Shown here in pieces: positions 29,029 through 43,600 of a stretch of 64,000 nt of DNA. The DNA is taken from positions 15,438,001 through 15,502,000 of the forward strand of contig OZ024740.1 in the NCBI GenBank assembly GCA_964016885.1, in the 5' to 3' direction. The stretch is from Eledone cirrhosa (taxonomy: Eukaryota). The notes under the pieces are model-generated. The model did no database searches, was not told the origin of the DNA, and saw only the letters and a list, made by a program, of their open reading frames with translations. A program made the position numbers and the translations under genes. Numbering within the stretch: position 1 is the stretch's first letter; the number at the start of each line of letters is the position of its first letter.

Positions 29029-32021
29029 ATGGATTATTACAACATCACAACTTCATTTAAAGACATTCCTATCCCTGGTAAATCTGAATTCACTAAACTT
29101 CTGATTGAAAAAACTGACTCTTTTGTGAGAAGGCTTAGATGGATCGCTTTTTTCCACGGCCAGCGCTTAAAAGGAAATGTTTATACTAAGGAACGTAACA
29201 ATATTGATTATTTATTTAACTCTAGAAGAAATCCTCCTTTCAATAAAAAATCTAGCACAGTTTGAGGAAGAACTAACTAATATTATAAGAGGACTTAAAT
29301 TCATGAGAAACCCTTATAGAGGACAGGAGCACCTTATAAATCTCAGGAATACGATTTCGGACCTTAATTCTTCTAAAAAAGTATTAGTCCATTCCGACAA
29401 AACTAATAATTTATATGGTGTATCTAAAGATAAATATAATAACCTTATCCTTAAGGAACTAAGGAAGAATTATCGCGAAACTAACCATGAGAATCTTGAA
29501 TCTATAAACTTGGAAGCTTCTGAGATTATGTCTAAACTTGGCATCGAAAAAAAGACCGAACCATTCTTCCCAAGAACTCCGAGGATAAATCTTAAAGATC
29601 ACAAAAGTAACTTTCGAATTGAACTGCCTGTTAGACTAATCGTCGCCTCTAAATCCGATCTGGGGGTTGTTAGTAAATCCATCTTGGATAGAATTATCCC
29701 ACAGGTTCGTTCTAATTACTCTATTTCTAACTTAAATTTATGGATTGGTACATCTGATGTAATTGACTGGTTCAATGACCTGAATAATAAAAACAAACAA
29801 AAATGTATTCAGTTTGACATTGCCAGTAACTATTCTTCTATTTCGCCTTCACTCCTCAACAACGCTATCTCTTTTGCATTTAAATATTCTGACATCACCA
29901 CAGATGAACTGTACATCATTCTCACCGCAAAAAAACTATCCTGGAATTCAACAACGAATATTGGACTAGAGCAGCTGATACTTCCAACAATTTTGATATC
30001 ACAATGGGTTCGTCGGATTCAGCGCAATTGACGGACTTGATTGGAATCTTTATTTTGAATTCTTTAAATCGGAAAATTCCTCAACTTTGCGGTGGAATTT
30101 ATATGACGATGCTCTTTTTACTGTCTTAAACTGTAACTTAGTTAACCTTAATATTATTAAGAATAATATACTTGATCTATTTAAGCACCATAACCTAAAA
30201 ATTGAATTTGAAAACAACGTCAAACTAGCTAACTTCCTGGATATATCCCTTAATCTTGACACCGGCCTATATTACCCTTACCATAAAGGCAATGAGAATC
30301 TAAATTATGTTAATTTTAAATCTAACCACCCTATTAACGTTAAAAATGCTATAGTCAGTAATGTTGAAAAAAGAATCTCAAATCTATCTTCTAATAAACT
30401 TATCTTTGACACTAAAGCCAATTATTATAACAATGCGCTTTCCAGAGCCGGTTATCCTGACAAAATTAAATACAGTAAAGAAACCAATCATTGAGGAACT
30501 TATAGTAATATAGTTAGTTATAAGCATTCCAATAGCAGAAAGAAAAGACCTAGATATAAAAATATTATTTGATACAACGCTCCTTTTTCTCCATCTATTA
30601 TTAATACTATTCCTAAACTATTTTTTAGGGACTGAGATAAATGCTTCCCTCCTTCACATATTTATAGTAAGATCTTTAATAAGCATACAATTAAATTCTC
30701 TTATTCCACCACTTCCAACATCTCTAACATTATCTCAAAACATAATACTAGAATATTAAATAATAAATCATATCCATCCAACACTGAGCGTCATAATAAT
30801 AACAATAGTAAGCCCGACGTCAATGTTAACTCTAGGCTAGATTCCGTAAATTTAAATACGACGTCAAACGTAACTTTGTCGAATGTTCATAATACCAATC
30901 TAATTCAGGAAACTTTAGCATCTATCGAAAGTATCTTCTCCAATTCAATTCCTTCTATAAATAATTGTTTCTACTTTAGGCACAAGGCCAGCAATTACCC
31001 AGTGCATTACTGGTACTTTATTTTATCGACCCCGTAAGGATGAAAGGCAAAGTCAACCTCGGCTGGATTTGAACTCAGATCGTAAAGGGACGTAACTATG
31101 CTGGAAAGCATGGCGTCAAACCCTCTACCGATACTGCCAATCCACCGCCCTAATAACTGTTTCTACTTTTGGCACAAGGCCAGCAATTATCTCAGTGTAT
31201 TACTGGTACTTTATTTTATCGACCCCGTAAGGATGAAAGGCAAAGTTAACCTCGGCGGGATTTGAACTCAAACCATAAAGGGCCGTAACTCTTTGCTGCA
31301 AAGCATGGCGTCCGACCCTCTACCGATACTGCCAATCTACCGCCTATTCCCTATAATTGTTTCTACTTTAGGCACAAGGCCAGCAATTACCCAGTGCATT
31401 ACTGGTACTTTATTTTATCGACCCCGTAAGGATGAAAGGCAAAGTCAACCTCGGCGGGATTTGAACTCGGATCGTAAAGGGACGTAACTATGCTAGAAAG
31501 CATGGCGTCCGACATTCCACTGATACTGCCAATCCCCCGCCCTATCTTCCTTCTATAAATAATACTGGGTCACTTGCTAATAACTCTGGTAATTACTCTA
31601 ATCGTAATTGCAATTGCCCTATTAGAACTAAATGTCCTCTTAGTAACCAATGTCTTGATAAAAATTTAGTGTATGAATGTAAGGTTATAACTGGTACTAA
31701 TTCTTTTACCTATTTTGGTTCCACTTCCACTTCCTTTAAGGCAAGATTTTATAATCACAATTCTTCTTTTAGATACCAACTTAAAAGAACTAACACAGCA
31801 CTCTCAGAACTCATATGGTCCTTAAAGGACAAAAATATTAATTACAACATTTCTTGGAGAAAGATTTGTAACGCCTCTCCTTACCTTAATTTCTCTCTAT
31901 CCAGAACATGTAATCTCTGCCTAGCGGAGAAATTTACCATTCTATAATAAATAGACGTACGGATTTATTTTCGCTCTGCTTGCATAAATCCCATAGAACT
32001 TTCCATAAAGTATACAGCTAA
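29029..32021 (+). pseudogene. PLE RT/GIY-YIG ORF with multiple frameshifts, stops and a SINE insertion
   Basis: MDYYNITTSFKDIPIPGK, QFDIAS, FLDISL, YFGSTSTSFKARFYNH, CNLC. Confidence 0.9.
30962..31542 (-). mobile_element. Head-to-tail trimer of a ~190 bp tRNA-derived SINE with a Nin/Deu-type domain
   Basis: A box TGGCAGTATCGG, B box GAGTTCAAATCC, GCCTTTCATCCTTACGGGGTCGATAAAATAAAGTACC; flanked by TTCCTTCTATAAATAAT. Confidence 0.9.
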
Positions 32022-32506
32022 TATCTTACTACCTAATTAGTTTAAAATATTTTTTCTGAAACACTTTTATATTTTTTACAAATATACCCATCTTTCTACC
32101 TTATTTCAGTATATTATACAATATTACTCATAATATGTCGTTAGCGGTCCCCTAATTTTCTTCTTTTTTAATTTCTAATCTTTAATCTGCAACTTTTACT
32201 TCTCAATTACTTCTTAATTCATCTTATAACTCACTATAACATTTTCCTTATATTCTCGGTCATACAAATTTTTATTTTTAATATATACTAAACATTTTGT
32301 AAACATATTTTTTTGACGTTATATATTTTCTCTTCCTTGAATTTTTTTCTTTCTTCTCTCCTTCCATGCTCGTATTAAATCTATTATTTACTTTTTCCTA
32401 TTACAATATATAGAAACAAACTTGGACCCTAATTAATTCCTCTAAGTTCATAATTCATTTAACCTTATGTTCATTCACTTTATCTTCTTAATATATTTTA
32501 TTTTAA

Positions 32507-32691
32507 TAATTGTTTCTACATTTGGCACAAGGCCAGCAATTACCCAGTGCATTACTCGTACTTTATTTTATCGACCCCGTAAGGATGAAAGGCAAAGTTA
32601 ACCTCGGCGGGATTTGAACTCAGATCGTAAAGGGACGTAACTCTTTGCTGCAAAGCATAGCGTCCGACTCTCTACCTATACTGCCAATCCA
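32507..32691 (-). mobile_element. SINE monomer, same family
   Basis: Near-identical to the trimer units; ATTTTAATAA on both sides. Confidence 0.9.
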
Positions 32692-33161
32692 AATACATTT
32701 TAATAAATTCCCTTTCGCACATCTTATTAAACCCTTCCATATATAAACCTTTAATAAATAGTATTCTTAATTCCTTTTTCTTTAATCATAAGCATCACCA
32801 TTCATAAACCTCATTAACTTTTAATTTCTTAATTTTTTTAAATTATGTATTATCTTACAACGGTTTTTATTTTATTTCTCTCAGTGAGACAGTGTTTCTC
32901 AGTAATAAAGGTTATCTCTCTCTCTCTCACTCAATTTCTCCTCCTCACTCATCCTTCCTTCTTATACTCCTCCTCCGTCATCCTTTCCTTATTATTATAT
33001 TTTTTTCTTCTATCTATATTTTTTCTTCCTCTTCCTTACCGTTTCTTCCCCCCTTCCTTTCCTTTTTCCAATCTCATATATCCCTCTTATTTTATTTTTC
33101 ATATGTTGATTTAACACTTCACTGCTCGCAAGTGTTTTTTAAGCTTCATATCTTGTCTCCC

Positions 33162-33232
33162 TATTTTATCCGATGAGAACGAAAATATCATCCCATGATG
33201 AAATTTGTTTTTGAAATGCGCATAATAAAATA
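33162..33232 (+). ncRNA. Degenerate hammerhead (CCGATGA core)
   Basis: TATTTTAT-CCGATGA...GAAA-TGCGCA-TA-ATAAAATA. Confidence 0.65.
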
Positions 33233-33276
33233 CATGGAACTCTTTTAACCATCTTTTGATTTTATTATATATTTTA

Positions 33277-33653
33277 GGGCGGTGGATTGGCAGTATCGGT
33301 AGAGGGTCGGACGCCATGCGTTCCAGCATAGTTACGTCCCTTTACGATCTGAGTTCAAATCCCGCCGAGGTTGACTTTGCCTTTCATCCTTACGGGGTTG
33401 ATAAAATAAAGTACCAGTAATGCACTGGGTAATTGCTGGCCTTGTGCCTAAAGTAGAAACAATTATATGGTAGATTGGCAGAATCGGTAGAGCGTCAGAC
33501 ACCATGCTTTCTAGCATAGTTACGTCCCTTTACAGTCTGAGTTCAAATCCCGCCGAGGTTAACTTTGCCTTTCATCCTTACGGGGTCGATAAAATAAAGT
33601 ACCAGTAATGTACTGGGCAATTGCTGGCCTTGTGCCTAAAGTAGAAACAATTA
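33277..33653 (+). mobile_element. SINE dimer, same family
   Basis: Two units, each ending GTAGAAACAATTAT. Confidence 0.9.
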
Positions 33654-33778
33654 TATATATAGACATGTTTTTTCATATATAGCTCTGATTATTTAATTTA
33701 TTAACTTTTCATTGAGCCACAAAGTGACCCGTTGCAAAACACGTATATGTATGTATGTATGTATATATATATGTAAAC

Positions 33779-33838
<60 letters not shown>

Positions 33839-34668
33839 CAAATTGTTAATAAATGAAAAATATTCTCATAATCAAAATATATATTTTATTATAGATATTT
33901 CAAAGGTACAATGGTGTTTAAGTACGTTTTCATCAGACAAAATATATGATTTGATATGCGACAAACCGCTACGGTTTTGATTATTCAATTCCAGTATTGG
34001 CAATACTAGAAGATGGGTGCTCACTAGTTTACATTGAAATGAAAATTCTATCTACACACCGAACAGATGCAATACTCAGGTAGATTTAGGAAGCAACACA
34101 CGTAACTGAATGAAGAACTAAACTCAATAGAAAACACGGATGGATTAACAACCCCACAACCTACACACACTGAGGGGAACATAAGAACATAGAAAAACAG
34201 ACAGGAAGACAGACAGGGTAGATGGAACAAGATCAGAACAAAGAGGGGACTTAGAGAATCAACGATAATCTTGAGAAATTCACAATTAACCCATTTGCTC
34301 TATATTAACCATTATATTTTCATGGTAAAAGTTTTACCTCACATAATTATCTCACGTAATATTGGATCTATGAGATTTTGATATTATTTATTTTGAGAAC
34401 AATACCTTAACATCAGTGTGAGTGGCCACTTTGAGCCGGTTTGAATAGAAAGAAGTAAGTGATTTCTGGCCGGATACGGCCGGTCTAACTGTTAAAGGGA
34501 GCCAAATGGTCATTAAATTAATTGATGATTACATTACTTATTCAACTAATAATAAATTGAAGTGAAATGTAATTGGTGCGTGTGCTTTATAGGCAGCATG
34601 ACACTACCAAAGTACAACAATTTAAGTTACAACACACGATTTAACATTAAGAATCTTGTAAAACAAAT

Positions 34669-34741
<73 letters not shown>

Positions 34742-34971
34742 CTTTATTTGCCACAAGGGCGCACAAGAAAAGGGGACAATACAAAGACATGCCGGGGATT
34801 TTACATACAGTCGTGTAAAAAATATAAAAAAAACAATTACAACAGTCGAAATCCCCAATAGGGAGAAAGCGCCACAAATGGGTTGTTTAATACCCCGTCG
34901 ATAGAACAACCCTCAACTCCAGGAGCGTATTGTGCAAGTGCTCCTTTGTTCCTTTTGTTCTCTTCTTTAAC

Positions 34972-37900
34972 CTACAGGCTTATAAACAGAGAAGGCCCAA
35001 TCACTCGGGCCATTTTCGCTTCATTCACCCACCTTTCAGTAAATTTACTGGGGTACAGTGCCACTCTCTCCACTCTGATTCTCCTTCTAAAGTGATACTT
35101 AAAGAAGGGAATCAATTGTTGTCCGGAGAGAAAGGCATCTGTCCTCAGTCCTCTCAATTTCGTCCAGCATATAACTTCTTTCACCATATCCACTGTACAG
35201 AGGAAAAACGCCTCTCTTTGGTTTTTGAAAGAGGCTGGCGGTTTGATCCTTACTATGGACTCGGCAGTCAACTGTATTTGTCCCATACGCGACAGCAGTT
35301 GTTCTGCATAGTTCCACAGGTCGGTTATGCCCGGGAAGTGTACAATCGCGTGCAGGACTGTTTCAATGTCCTGCGGGAATCTTGGACACGTCCTCTTGGA
35401 AGGATCCTTTGTCACGAACCGGTAGAGCTCCTCGGTAACACTGCCAGGCCAGGGACCTCTGGCAGTTGTCCATAGGTCCCGGGCGGAAAGTCCTACCAAA
35501 CAGACTAGTGAGCTCATCGTCTTCGACGCCCAGAGTCTCTCCGAGCACGTTGTCGCCCTTGTAACGTACAATCCCTCTATAGAATGTCGAAGTGCAGTCT
35601 CCACTGACTGCTGCGCCCGCTTGCCAGAGGACTGTGAGCGCCTGAGCGCATTCAATGTGCCAGGCGCCCATCGATTTCGGTCTTTTCTTCACCCAGGACT
35701 GCAGCTCCGTCAGCGAGACGAGCTGTGGGAAAGCCTGTCTCACAAACGGTGCCCACGCACGTTGGGGGTCGGTGAGGAATACCTGGAGTTGCCGCAACCT
35801 CAGCGCATGTTTGCGCACTATCAGCCACGGCATGTCCAGCCCTCCGTTGGAAGGGTGCTGACAGCAGACGGATCTCCTCACCAACGGAGCCTGCTTCTTC
35901 CACAGAAACTGGAAGAGCATGCGTTCCATCTTCATGAGGTGTTCACGGGGACAAGGCAGTAGATGACGGACGCTATGAAAGAAAGTTTTCGCCACCTTCG
36001 CTCGACCTTTTAAGGACAGTTTACACTCTGCCCACTTCTGGGTGAGCGAAAATACCTTGGCCGTGATATCGTTCCAGTTTTTCTCCATCTGGAGGTCTGG
36101 ACCGAGCCAGACCTCGAGCAATTTCACCAGTCCGTCTGTCCAGCGTCCAACGACGCTGTCGAACGTCATCTGTTTGCCTCTCCACGTACCGAGTTGCAAA
36201 CCGACAGACTTGTCCGGCTTTAGTTTTGCTCCCGTCAGCGTTTCGTATTCTTTCAGTAAGTTGCCGATCACCCCGATTTCCGAGGTGCTCGACACCATCA
36301 CCATTATGTCGTCGGCATAAGCCGATGCGCTTTGCGCAGTCCAGGTTCTAGAGGGATGCCCTGCAACAGCTCTAATTTCCGCAGTAGTGGCTCTAGAGTC
36401 AATACATATATAATGGAGGAGAGAGGGCACCCCTGTCGAATGGAACGCGTGATTGAGAACGGCCCCGATAGGTAGCCGTTCACCTTAACCCTCGAGCAGA
36501 TGCTGGTGTGCATCGCCTCGATCCAGCCTTGAAAACGGGACCGAAACTAGCCGCCTTGAGAACCGCTTCCAAGTATCGATGGTCGACCCTATCGAATGCC
36601 TTAGACTAATCCAAATTGATCAGAGCCCCACCGAAGCCGGGTTTACTACACACCATCTCTATGATGTATCGCATGAGATGGAGGTTGTCGTGTATAGACC
36701 TGGTCGGGATTGCACACATTTGCACTTTCCCTACCAGGTTCTCGACGACAAGCGCTAACCTCGTCGCTAACACCTAGGCCAAAATCTTTAACTCTGTGTT
36801 GAGTACCGTTATGGGCCAGAGAACAAGTCCGGCATACCTATGTAAAACTCATAGGGTAGACCATCTATACCGGGTGACTTGCGTTTCCCGCAGCGGCCCA
36901 GAGCGTCCCGTATCTCAGTGTCCGTGATCGGTCTTTTGCAGAACTCGGCGTCCGTGTTTGTGAGACGCGGCAGGCCATCGAGGTATGAACTAAAGTCCAT
37001 TGCCCCGTTCGGCTCACCGTCGTTCTGCTCAAACAGTCGCGCAAAGTGCCGCTGAAAGGCCGCACACATTTGCTTGGGGTCAAGTAGCACGCGTCCGTTT
37101 TGGTCTTTCAAAGACCGAATCGTGGACTTTTTGCCTCCGCCACTCGGGCCCAGCTGACAGTTTTCGCTCCTTCGTTTCCTAGAGCACGTGTTTTGCTTCT
37201 GATCACGCAGCCTTCGTGTTTCGCATCGAAGAACTGGTCCAGTGCCCTTCTCGACGCTAACACTCTAGCTGCGTTGCCACTTCTAAGTGCCTCCTCTACG
37301 TTGGCTTCTAGTTCTCTTTCTATTTTGTTTATCTCTAAGGCTAACTCTCTGTTAAACCTTATCGATTCTATTCTAGTTGCTTTCTTGAGAGAGTGCCACC
37401 ATCTATTGTTGACAATGGCTCCTGTTAACTGTTGCTTGACTAGTATACTTATCCTTTCACTGTAAACTTTACGTGCCGGCAACAACACGTTCAGCTTCCA
37501 GTATCCGGGTCCCTGTCTATGTGTTCTATCGCAGTCGACTAAGCAGACGACTAATTTGTGATCTGAATAGGCAACCATATGCATTCGTGGACAGCTTAAC
37601 ATCTCCTTGTCTCTTTCTCTAATGAAGAACCTATCTAAATACGATCTAGATGTCCCGCTGCGGTTTGCCCATGTCCACTGTGGTGCAGTCGGGACATCCA
37701 GTCGATACCTATCGGCCAGTTGGAATTGGCCGATTAAAGTTTTGAGGCTGTTGCACCCCTCTCTACTGGGACATGCTCCCACATAGTCCCATCGTGCGTC
37801 TAGGATACCATTCCAGTCCCGCACTAAAAGTAAGGAGCGAGACGTTCCCAGAAAAGATTCTAGACGCTTAAAGAAGTCTGGACGTGATTGCGATTTCCCA

Positions 37901-38242
37901 GTCTGGGCATAAACGGCCACCAGACTGAAGGCTCCACCTCCAATACTGTTCACATCTAGGACTACCAGTCTACCCTCCGGGTCCAAGTGTACTTGCTGTA
38001 TTTCGACGTCCAGGTTCTTTCTAAACATGACAGCCACTCTACCTCCACCTCCTGGCTGACAGAGATGCGTAGATCTCAAAGTCGTCGAAGATGGGGGTTA
38101 GTTGCTGCCTGTTGTGGATCCTGGACTCGGTAATGGCTATCACATCCATACCGTGTGACCTAACGTCGTTTAAAAGTTGGCCCTGTTTCCAGAGCATCCC
38201 TAGGCCAGGCACATTCACGCTTCCAACTCGTAAACTAGCCAT
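34972..38242 (-). pseudogene. Copy A ORF2 (APE-RT), disrupted, with internal deletions
   Basis: GSVNVPGL, YLDRFF, SDHKLV, KSPGIDGLPYEFY, IRQGCPLS, AYADD. Confidence 0.9.
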
Positions 38243-38283
38243 GTTGGTGAAGAAAAGTTGGAGAAAAAGGACGAAAGGTGCAC

Positions 38284-39839
38284 TTATCTTTTCGTTTCCT
38301 GGAGATCGGGTTGTTCAATCTCCATTTGGGTGCTGGATGGGGTGTTGGGTGGTGTGGGGAAACATTTTAACAGGACGCGGTTGATGGGTTTGTGGCAGGG
38401 GTTGCCTACGTCCTGTAAAAAATTATTTTTCAGGTCATTATAGGTTTCCATAGAAACCCTTATAAGTTTAAGGTGTGGAGACGATTCTGCTTTGACGAAA
38501 GTTTTTCCCTCCGTCTCCACCTTGGGGTTTTGGGAGATGACCTCCATCAAACTCTTGTTGTTTGTGTTGATGTATGCGTATTGTTGTTGGTGTTTTTGTT
38601 GTGTTGTTTTAGTTTGTTGTTCGTCCAGGAGTCTTCTTTTTATGATGGGTGCTTGTGTTTGGGGTGGTGTTGGTGTTGGTTTTGCTGGTAGGGGGATGTT
38701 TGACTGTGGTGTTGTTTGTGTTGTTGTTTTAGTCTGTGGTTGTGTGTTGGTGTTGATGATTGGAGTTTTGGGGGTTTTGTGGTGTCTCTTTTTTTGTTTT
38801 TTTAGATTTCCGCGGTTCTCCCTCTTGTTCACTTAAAGAAGGAGAAGCAGCCTCATCTGTCGTTGAATAATCATCGTCAGGAGTGTGGGGTAGGGGTATG
38901 TTGTGTGATGGTGGTGTTTCGGTGTGTGTGTTTGTGGTAGTGTCTAATGGAGTGGGTTGGGGTGGGGCTGTGTTCTTCAGGGTTGTTGTCTCTGTTTTTT
39001 CTGTTGTTTTTGGTTGAGTGGCTGTTTGTTTTGGTGTGGTTGCTCGTTTCGTCTGTTGTTGTACTTGTGGTGGTTGTGGTTGTTTTGGTGTTGGTGTTGG
39101 TAATAGTGTTTTTTTAATGATGGTGTTGTGGTGTGTTTGTGAATGATAGGAGGCTTTTAGGTGTGCTGTGCTACCACAGCGAAAGCAATGAAATTTACGC
39201 CCTTCTACCGAAATGTTTATTTTGTTGTTGTCGTCGATGACGACTTTTTCGGGTATTTTGGAGATTCTCTCCGGCCTCATTTGCATCAGAATCTCCAAAT
39301 CAGTACCCGCCCACCTTTGTCTAATAAACTTTTGTATCGAAAGAATCATATCAGTCTCTGGCTCTACGAAGGCAGCCGAAATCCACCAGATGTTAATGTT
39401 TGGTGGTATCTTTTTTTATTTTATTTTTTGTGTCCTTTTTCCCATGTATGTACGGAAAAAGGTGAATGCTTTTGACACCATTGGTGTCACAGACTGTTTT
39501 GGGGCGAGTGCCTCGCTTTTAAACAGTGCGGAAACACTTCCGTACTGTTTTCCTCGTTGGAGAAGTCAACATTTGCTAGAATTTCCTTCACGTTGGCTTC
39601 TATATCACCTTGACTAACAAATATCGGCTTTCTCGTTTTATTGGATACAGTCCTGAAGGTCACTGTCCTACGAACTGTGTCTTTTATTTCGAGGGATGAG
39701 TTAATTCTAAACCCACCCTTGTCTTCGAAAGTTACAAATTTTCTTCCTTGCTGGAGCATATCTCTTGCATTGGAGATGTCAAGATTTATAAAATCTTGTT
39801 TGTTGTTCACTGTTTCAGCGAAAGACATTTTTTGTGTGG

Positions 39840-39888
<49 letters not shown>

Positions 39889-40208
39889 ATCGTTGTTAGC
39901 CTCGGTGTTGGAAATCTCAATTCCCTGACGAGGTGAAACTTTATGTGTAGATGTATCTGTGGAGTTGTTGATGTTTTCTTTTTCATGTATATGTATATTA
40001 ATAGGTTTAATTTCTGTATGTTGTATGTTATTTTTCTCCGCTTCGACGTAGAAATTTTAAAATCTTCAAGTGGTATTTATTTCTCTTTGTTGATAGTCGT
40101 ATCCATAGCAACATCCATAGTAGCAGAAGCAGATATAACGTTAATATCTGCTTCTCTACCTCTCTCCTCTCTGTCGACGTTCTCTAGCGTTCTTTTCGAG
40201 TTATTCAT
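38284..40208 (-). pseudogene. Copy A ORF1 (gag-like), disrupted
   Basis: SFAETV, EGRKFHCFRCGSTAHL, P/T/Q-rich linker, ends EQPDLQETKR*. Confidence 0.8.
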
Positions 40209-40671
40209 GTTTTATAGTTGGCAAAATTTGATTTTTTAAAACAATTTTTTAATTAAATTTTTGCCCCTAAAGGGGCGAAAAATGGGATTACCACCCAGCT
40301 GACAATTCAGCTTGGGGGTTAATCTACAAAATGATATGTTTTTTCAAACAAATTGTTCTGGTTTTCGTATATAAATTTACAAAAAATCTTACCGGCGATG
40401 TTCCACGCGTCAGGCAGATAAAGAGATAGATAGATAATAGATAAATTTCTTTATTAGCCACAAGGGCACAAAAGAAGAGGACAAATACAAATGGGGAGTT
40501 TACATACAGGTATATGAAAATAAAACTATTAATAAAATAACAAATAACAATTGAAATCCCCAGTAGGGGGGTGGAGGCGTTATATAGGGGTTGTACACAC
40601 CCCGAAAAAATGTACAACCCTCATCTCCAGGAGCACCAAGAATGAGTACTCCCTTCCTCTTTTCCCTTAAA

Positions 40672-43600
40672 CTACAGGCTTATATAGAGAGGAGGGCTAA
40701 ATACTCGGGCCATCTTTGCCACATTCACCCACCTTTTATAAAATTTGCTGGGGTACAGCACCTCTCTCTCCATCCTGATTCTTCTTCCAAAATGATATTT
40801 GAAAAAACGAATCAGTTGCTCGCCGAAGAGAAAGGTGTCTGACCTCAGCTCTTTTAACATCGACCACCATATAACCTCTTTCACCATAGCCATAACACAT
40901 AGGAAAACCGCCTCTCCCTCGTTTTTGAAGGAGGGTGGCGGTTTGATCATGACAATAGACGCGGTGGTCAACTAGATTGGTCCCACCCGCGACAATAGTC
41001 GTTCTACATAGCCCCACAGGTCTGTAACGCCCGGGTAGTGTACAAATGTGTGCGCGGCTGTTCCTCGTCGCGCACGCATCTCGGACAGATCTTTTTCGAA
41101 AGGTCCCTGCCCGGGCGCCCGTGTCTGCAGAGCTTGTCTCAAACTGGTAGAGCTCCTCAGTAGCACTGCCAGGCCAGGGACTTTTGGAAGTTGTCCATTG
41201 GTCCCGGGCGGAAGGTCCTACCGAACAGACTGGCCAGTTCATCTTCCTCTACGCCTAGAGTTTCTCCGAGCGTGTCGTCGCACTTGCTGCGGACCAACCC
41301 TCTATAGAATGTCGAAGTGGAGTTTCCACTGATCGCCGAGTTCGTTTGCCAGAGGACTGTGAGCGCCTGAGCACATTCGATGTGCCAGTCGCCCATTTTC
41401 CTCGGTCTTTGCTTGACTCAGGACTGCAGCTCGGTCAACGAGACGAGTCGTGGGAAGGCTCGCCTCACGAACGGGGTCCACACCGGTTGTCCGGTGAGCC
41501 ATACGTGGAGGTGCCGCAGCCTGAACGCGTGTTTGCGCATCGTCAGCCACGGCATCCCCAGCCCTCCGTTTGAAGGGTGTTGGCAGCGGATGGATCTTCT
41601 CACCAAAGAAGCCCGTTTCTTCCAAAGGAATTGGAAGAGCGGTGCGCTCCATTTTGGTGAGCGTTTTGGCTGGACAAGGCACGGTGGTCAAGCGGTAGTA
41701 GATGGCGGACGCTATAAAAGTGTTCGCCACCTCCGCTCGACCTTTCATGGATAGTTTTCACTCGGCCCACTTCTGGGTGAGCGCAAACACCTTAGCCGTC
41801 ACCTCGTTCCAGTTCTTCTCCACCTGGAGGTCCGGACCAAACCAGACCCCGAGCAGTTTTACCGGTCCTTCCTTCCAGCGTCCGACGACGCCATCGGAAG
41901 GCATCGGTTTGTCTATCCACGTTCCGAGTTGCAAACCGACGAATTTGTCTCGGTTCAGCTTCGCTCCTCTGAACCTTTCGTATTCCCCAATTTGCGAGGT
42001 GCACGACACCATTACTGTCACGTCGTCGGCGTAGGCCGACGCCAGTTTTCGCAGTCCCGGTTCCAAAGGGATGCCCTGCAATAGCTCCAACCTCCGCAGT
42101 AGTGGCTCGAGAGTCAGTACGTACAGAAGGGAGGAGAGAGGGCATCCCTGTCGGATGGATCGCGTGATATGGAACGGCTCCGAAATGTAGCCGTTCACCT
42201 TGACGCTTGAGCAGATGTTGCTGCTGTGCATTGCAGCAATCTAGCCCCTGAACACGAGTCCGAAGCCTGCCGCCTCGAGCACCGCATCCAGGTAACGATG
42301 CTTAACCCTATCGAAAGCCTTAGACTGATCCAAGTTGATCAGGGCCCCACCGAAGCCGGGTTTACACCCTACTCTCTCTATGATGTATCGCATGAGGTGG
42401 AGGTTGTCGTGTATGGACCTGGTCGGGATTGCGCATGTCTGCGCTTCTCCCACCAGGTTTTTGACGACAAGCGCCAGCCTCTTTGCCAACACCTTGGCCA
42501 AAATCTGTAACTCTGTGTTGAGCAGAGTTATGGGCCGGAAGTTTCCTATGTCATCCTCCTTATTCTCGTCCTTCCTGACTAACGTGACTACGCCATTGGT
42601 CACAGGACTGGGAATTATCCCGTTCTGCTGCCAGTTGCAGTAGACCGCTCCCAGGAGACCGGAGAACAAGTCCGGCATTGCTACGTAAAATTCGTAGGGT
42701 AGACCGTCGAGACATGGAGATTTGCGTTTGCCGCATTGGCTCAGCGCGTCCTCTATCTCAGCGGCCGAAATCGGCCTTTCGCAAAACTTCGCCTCGCTGT
42801 CCGAGAGTCGCGGTAGGCCGTCGAGGTATGGACCGAAATCCATAGCTCCTCCCGGCGCGCCGCCGTGCCCGAACAGTTGAGCAAAGTGCCGCTGAAAGGC
42901 CGCGCACATCTGCTTCGGCTCACGTATCACGCATCCGTCTTGGTCATTCAAAGAACGAATCGTGGACTTGTTGCCACTTTTCGCCTCCGTCACTCGGGCC
43001 CAGCTAACGGCTTTGGCTCCCTCGTTTCCCAGAGCACGTATTTTGCTTCTGACAACGCAGCCTTCATGCTTTGCGTAGAAGAACTGGTCCAAGGCCGTTC
43101 TCGTCGCTAGCACGCTGGCTACGTTGCCACTCCTAAGTGGCTCTTCTACTTTATCTACCAGTTCCTTTTCGGTTTTAGTTCTATCTAACACTAATTCTTT
43201 ACTAAGACCTATCGAGTCTAATCTAACTGCCCTCTTGAGAGAGTACGACCATCTGTTGTTGACAATGGCCCCCGTCAAGTGCTGCTTAACTAAAGTGCTA
43301 ATCCGTCTACTGTAGGCTTTGCATGTCAGTAACGACAAGTTCAGCTTCCAGTAGCCGGGTCCCTGTCTATGGGTTTTGTCAAGGTTGACTAAGCAGGTCA
43401 CTAATTTATGATCTGAATAGGCAACCATGAACATTTGTGGACAGCTTAACATGTCCCTATCCTTCCTTCTCACTAGAACCCTATCTAGGTACGATCTAGA
43501 TGTTCCGCTGATATTAGTCCACGTCCACGGTGGCACAGTCGGAAAATTTAGTCGATATCTATCGGCCGATTAACTGTTTGAGGCTGTTACACCCCCTCTA

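Larger units (their letters stand above)
28440..33272 (+). mobile_element. Penelope-like element copy 2 (Naiad-type) with direct pseudo-LTRs (~28490-28865 and ~32860-33270), interrupted by SINEs
   Basis: Homologous to copy 1 throughout; both pLTRs carry hammerheads with a mutated core. Confidence 0.9.
34738..40416 (-). mobile_element. L1/Tx1-clade retrotransposon copy A (subfamily 1), near full length and decayed
   Basis: ORF1 with CCHC-type knuckle, ORF2 APE-RT; AATAAAGAAAT 3' end abutting (CT)n. Confidence 0.92.

Noticed and set aside
34287-34515. TTAA-flanked piggyBac-type MITE
   Set aside because: The terminal inverted repeats are too degenerate to support the call
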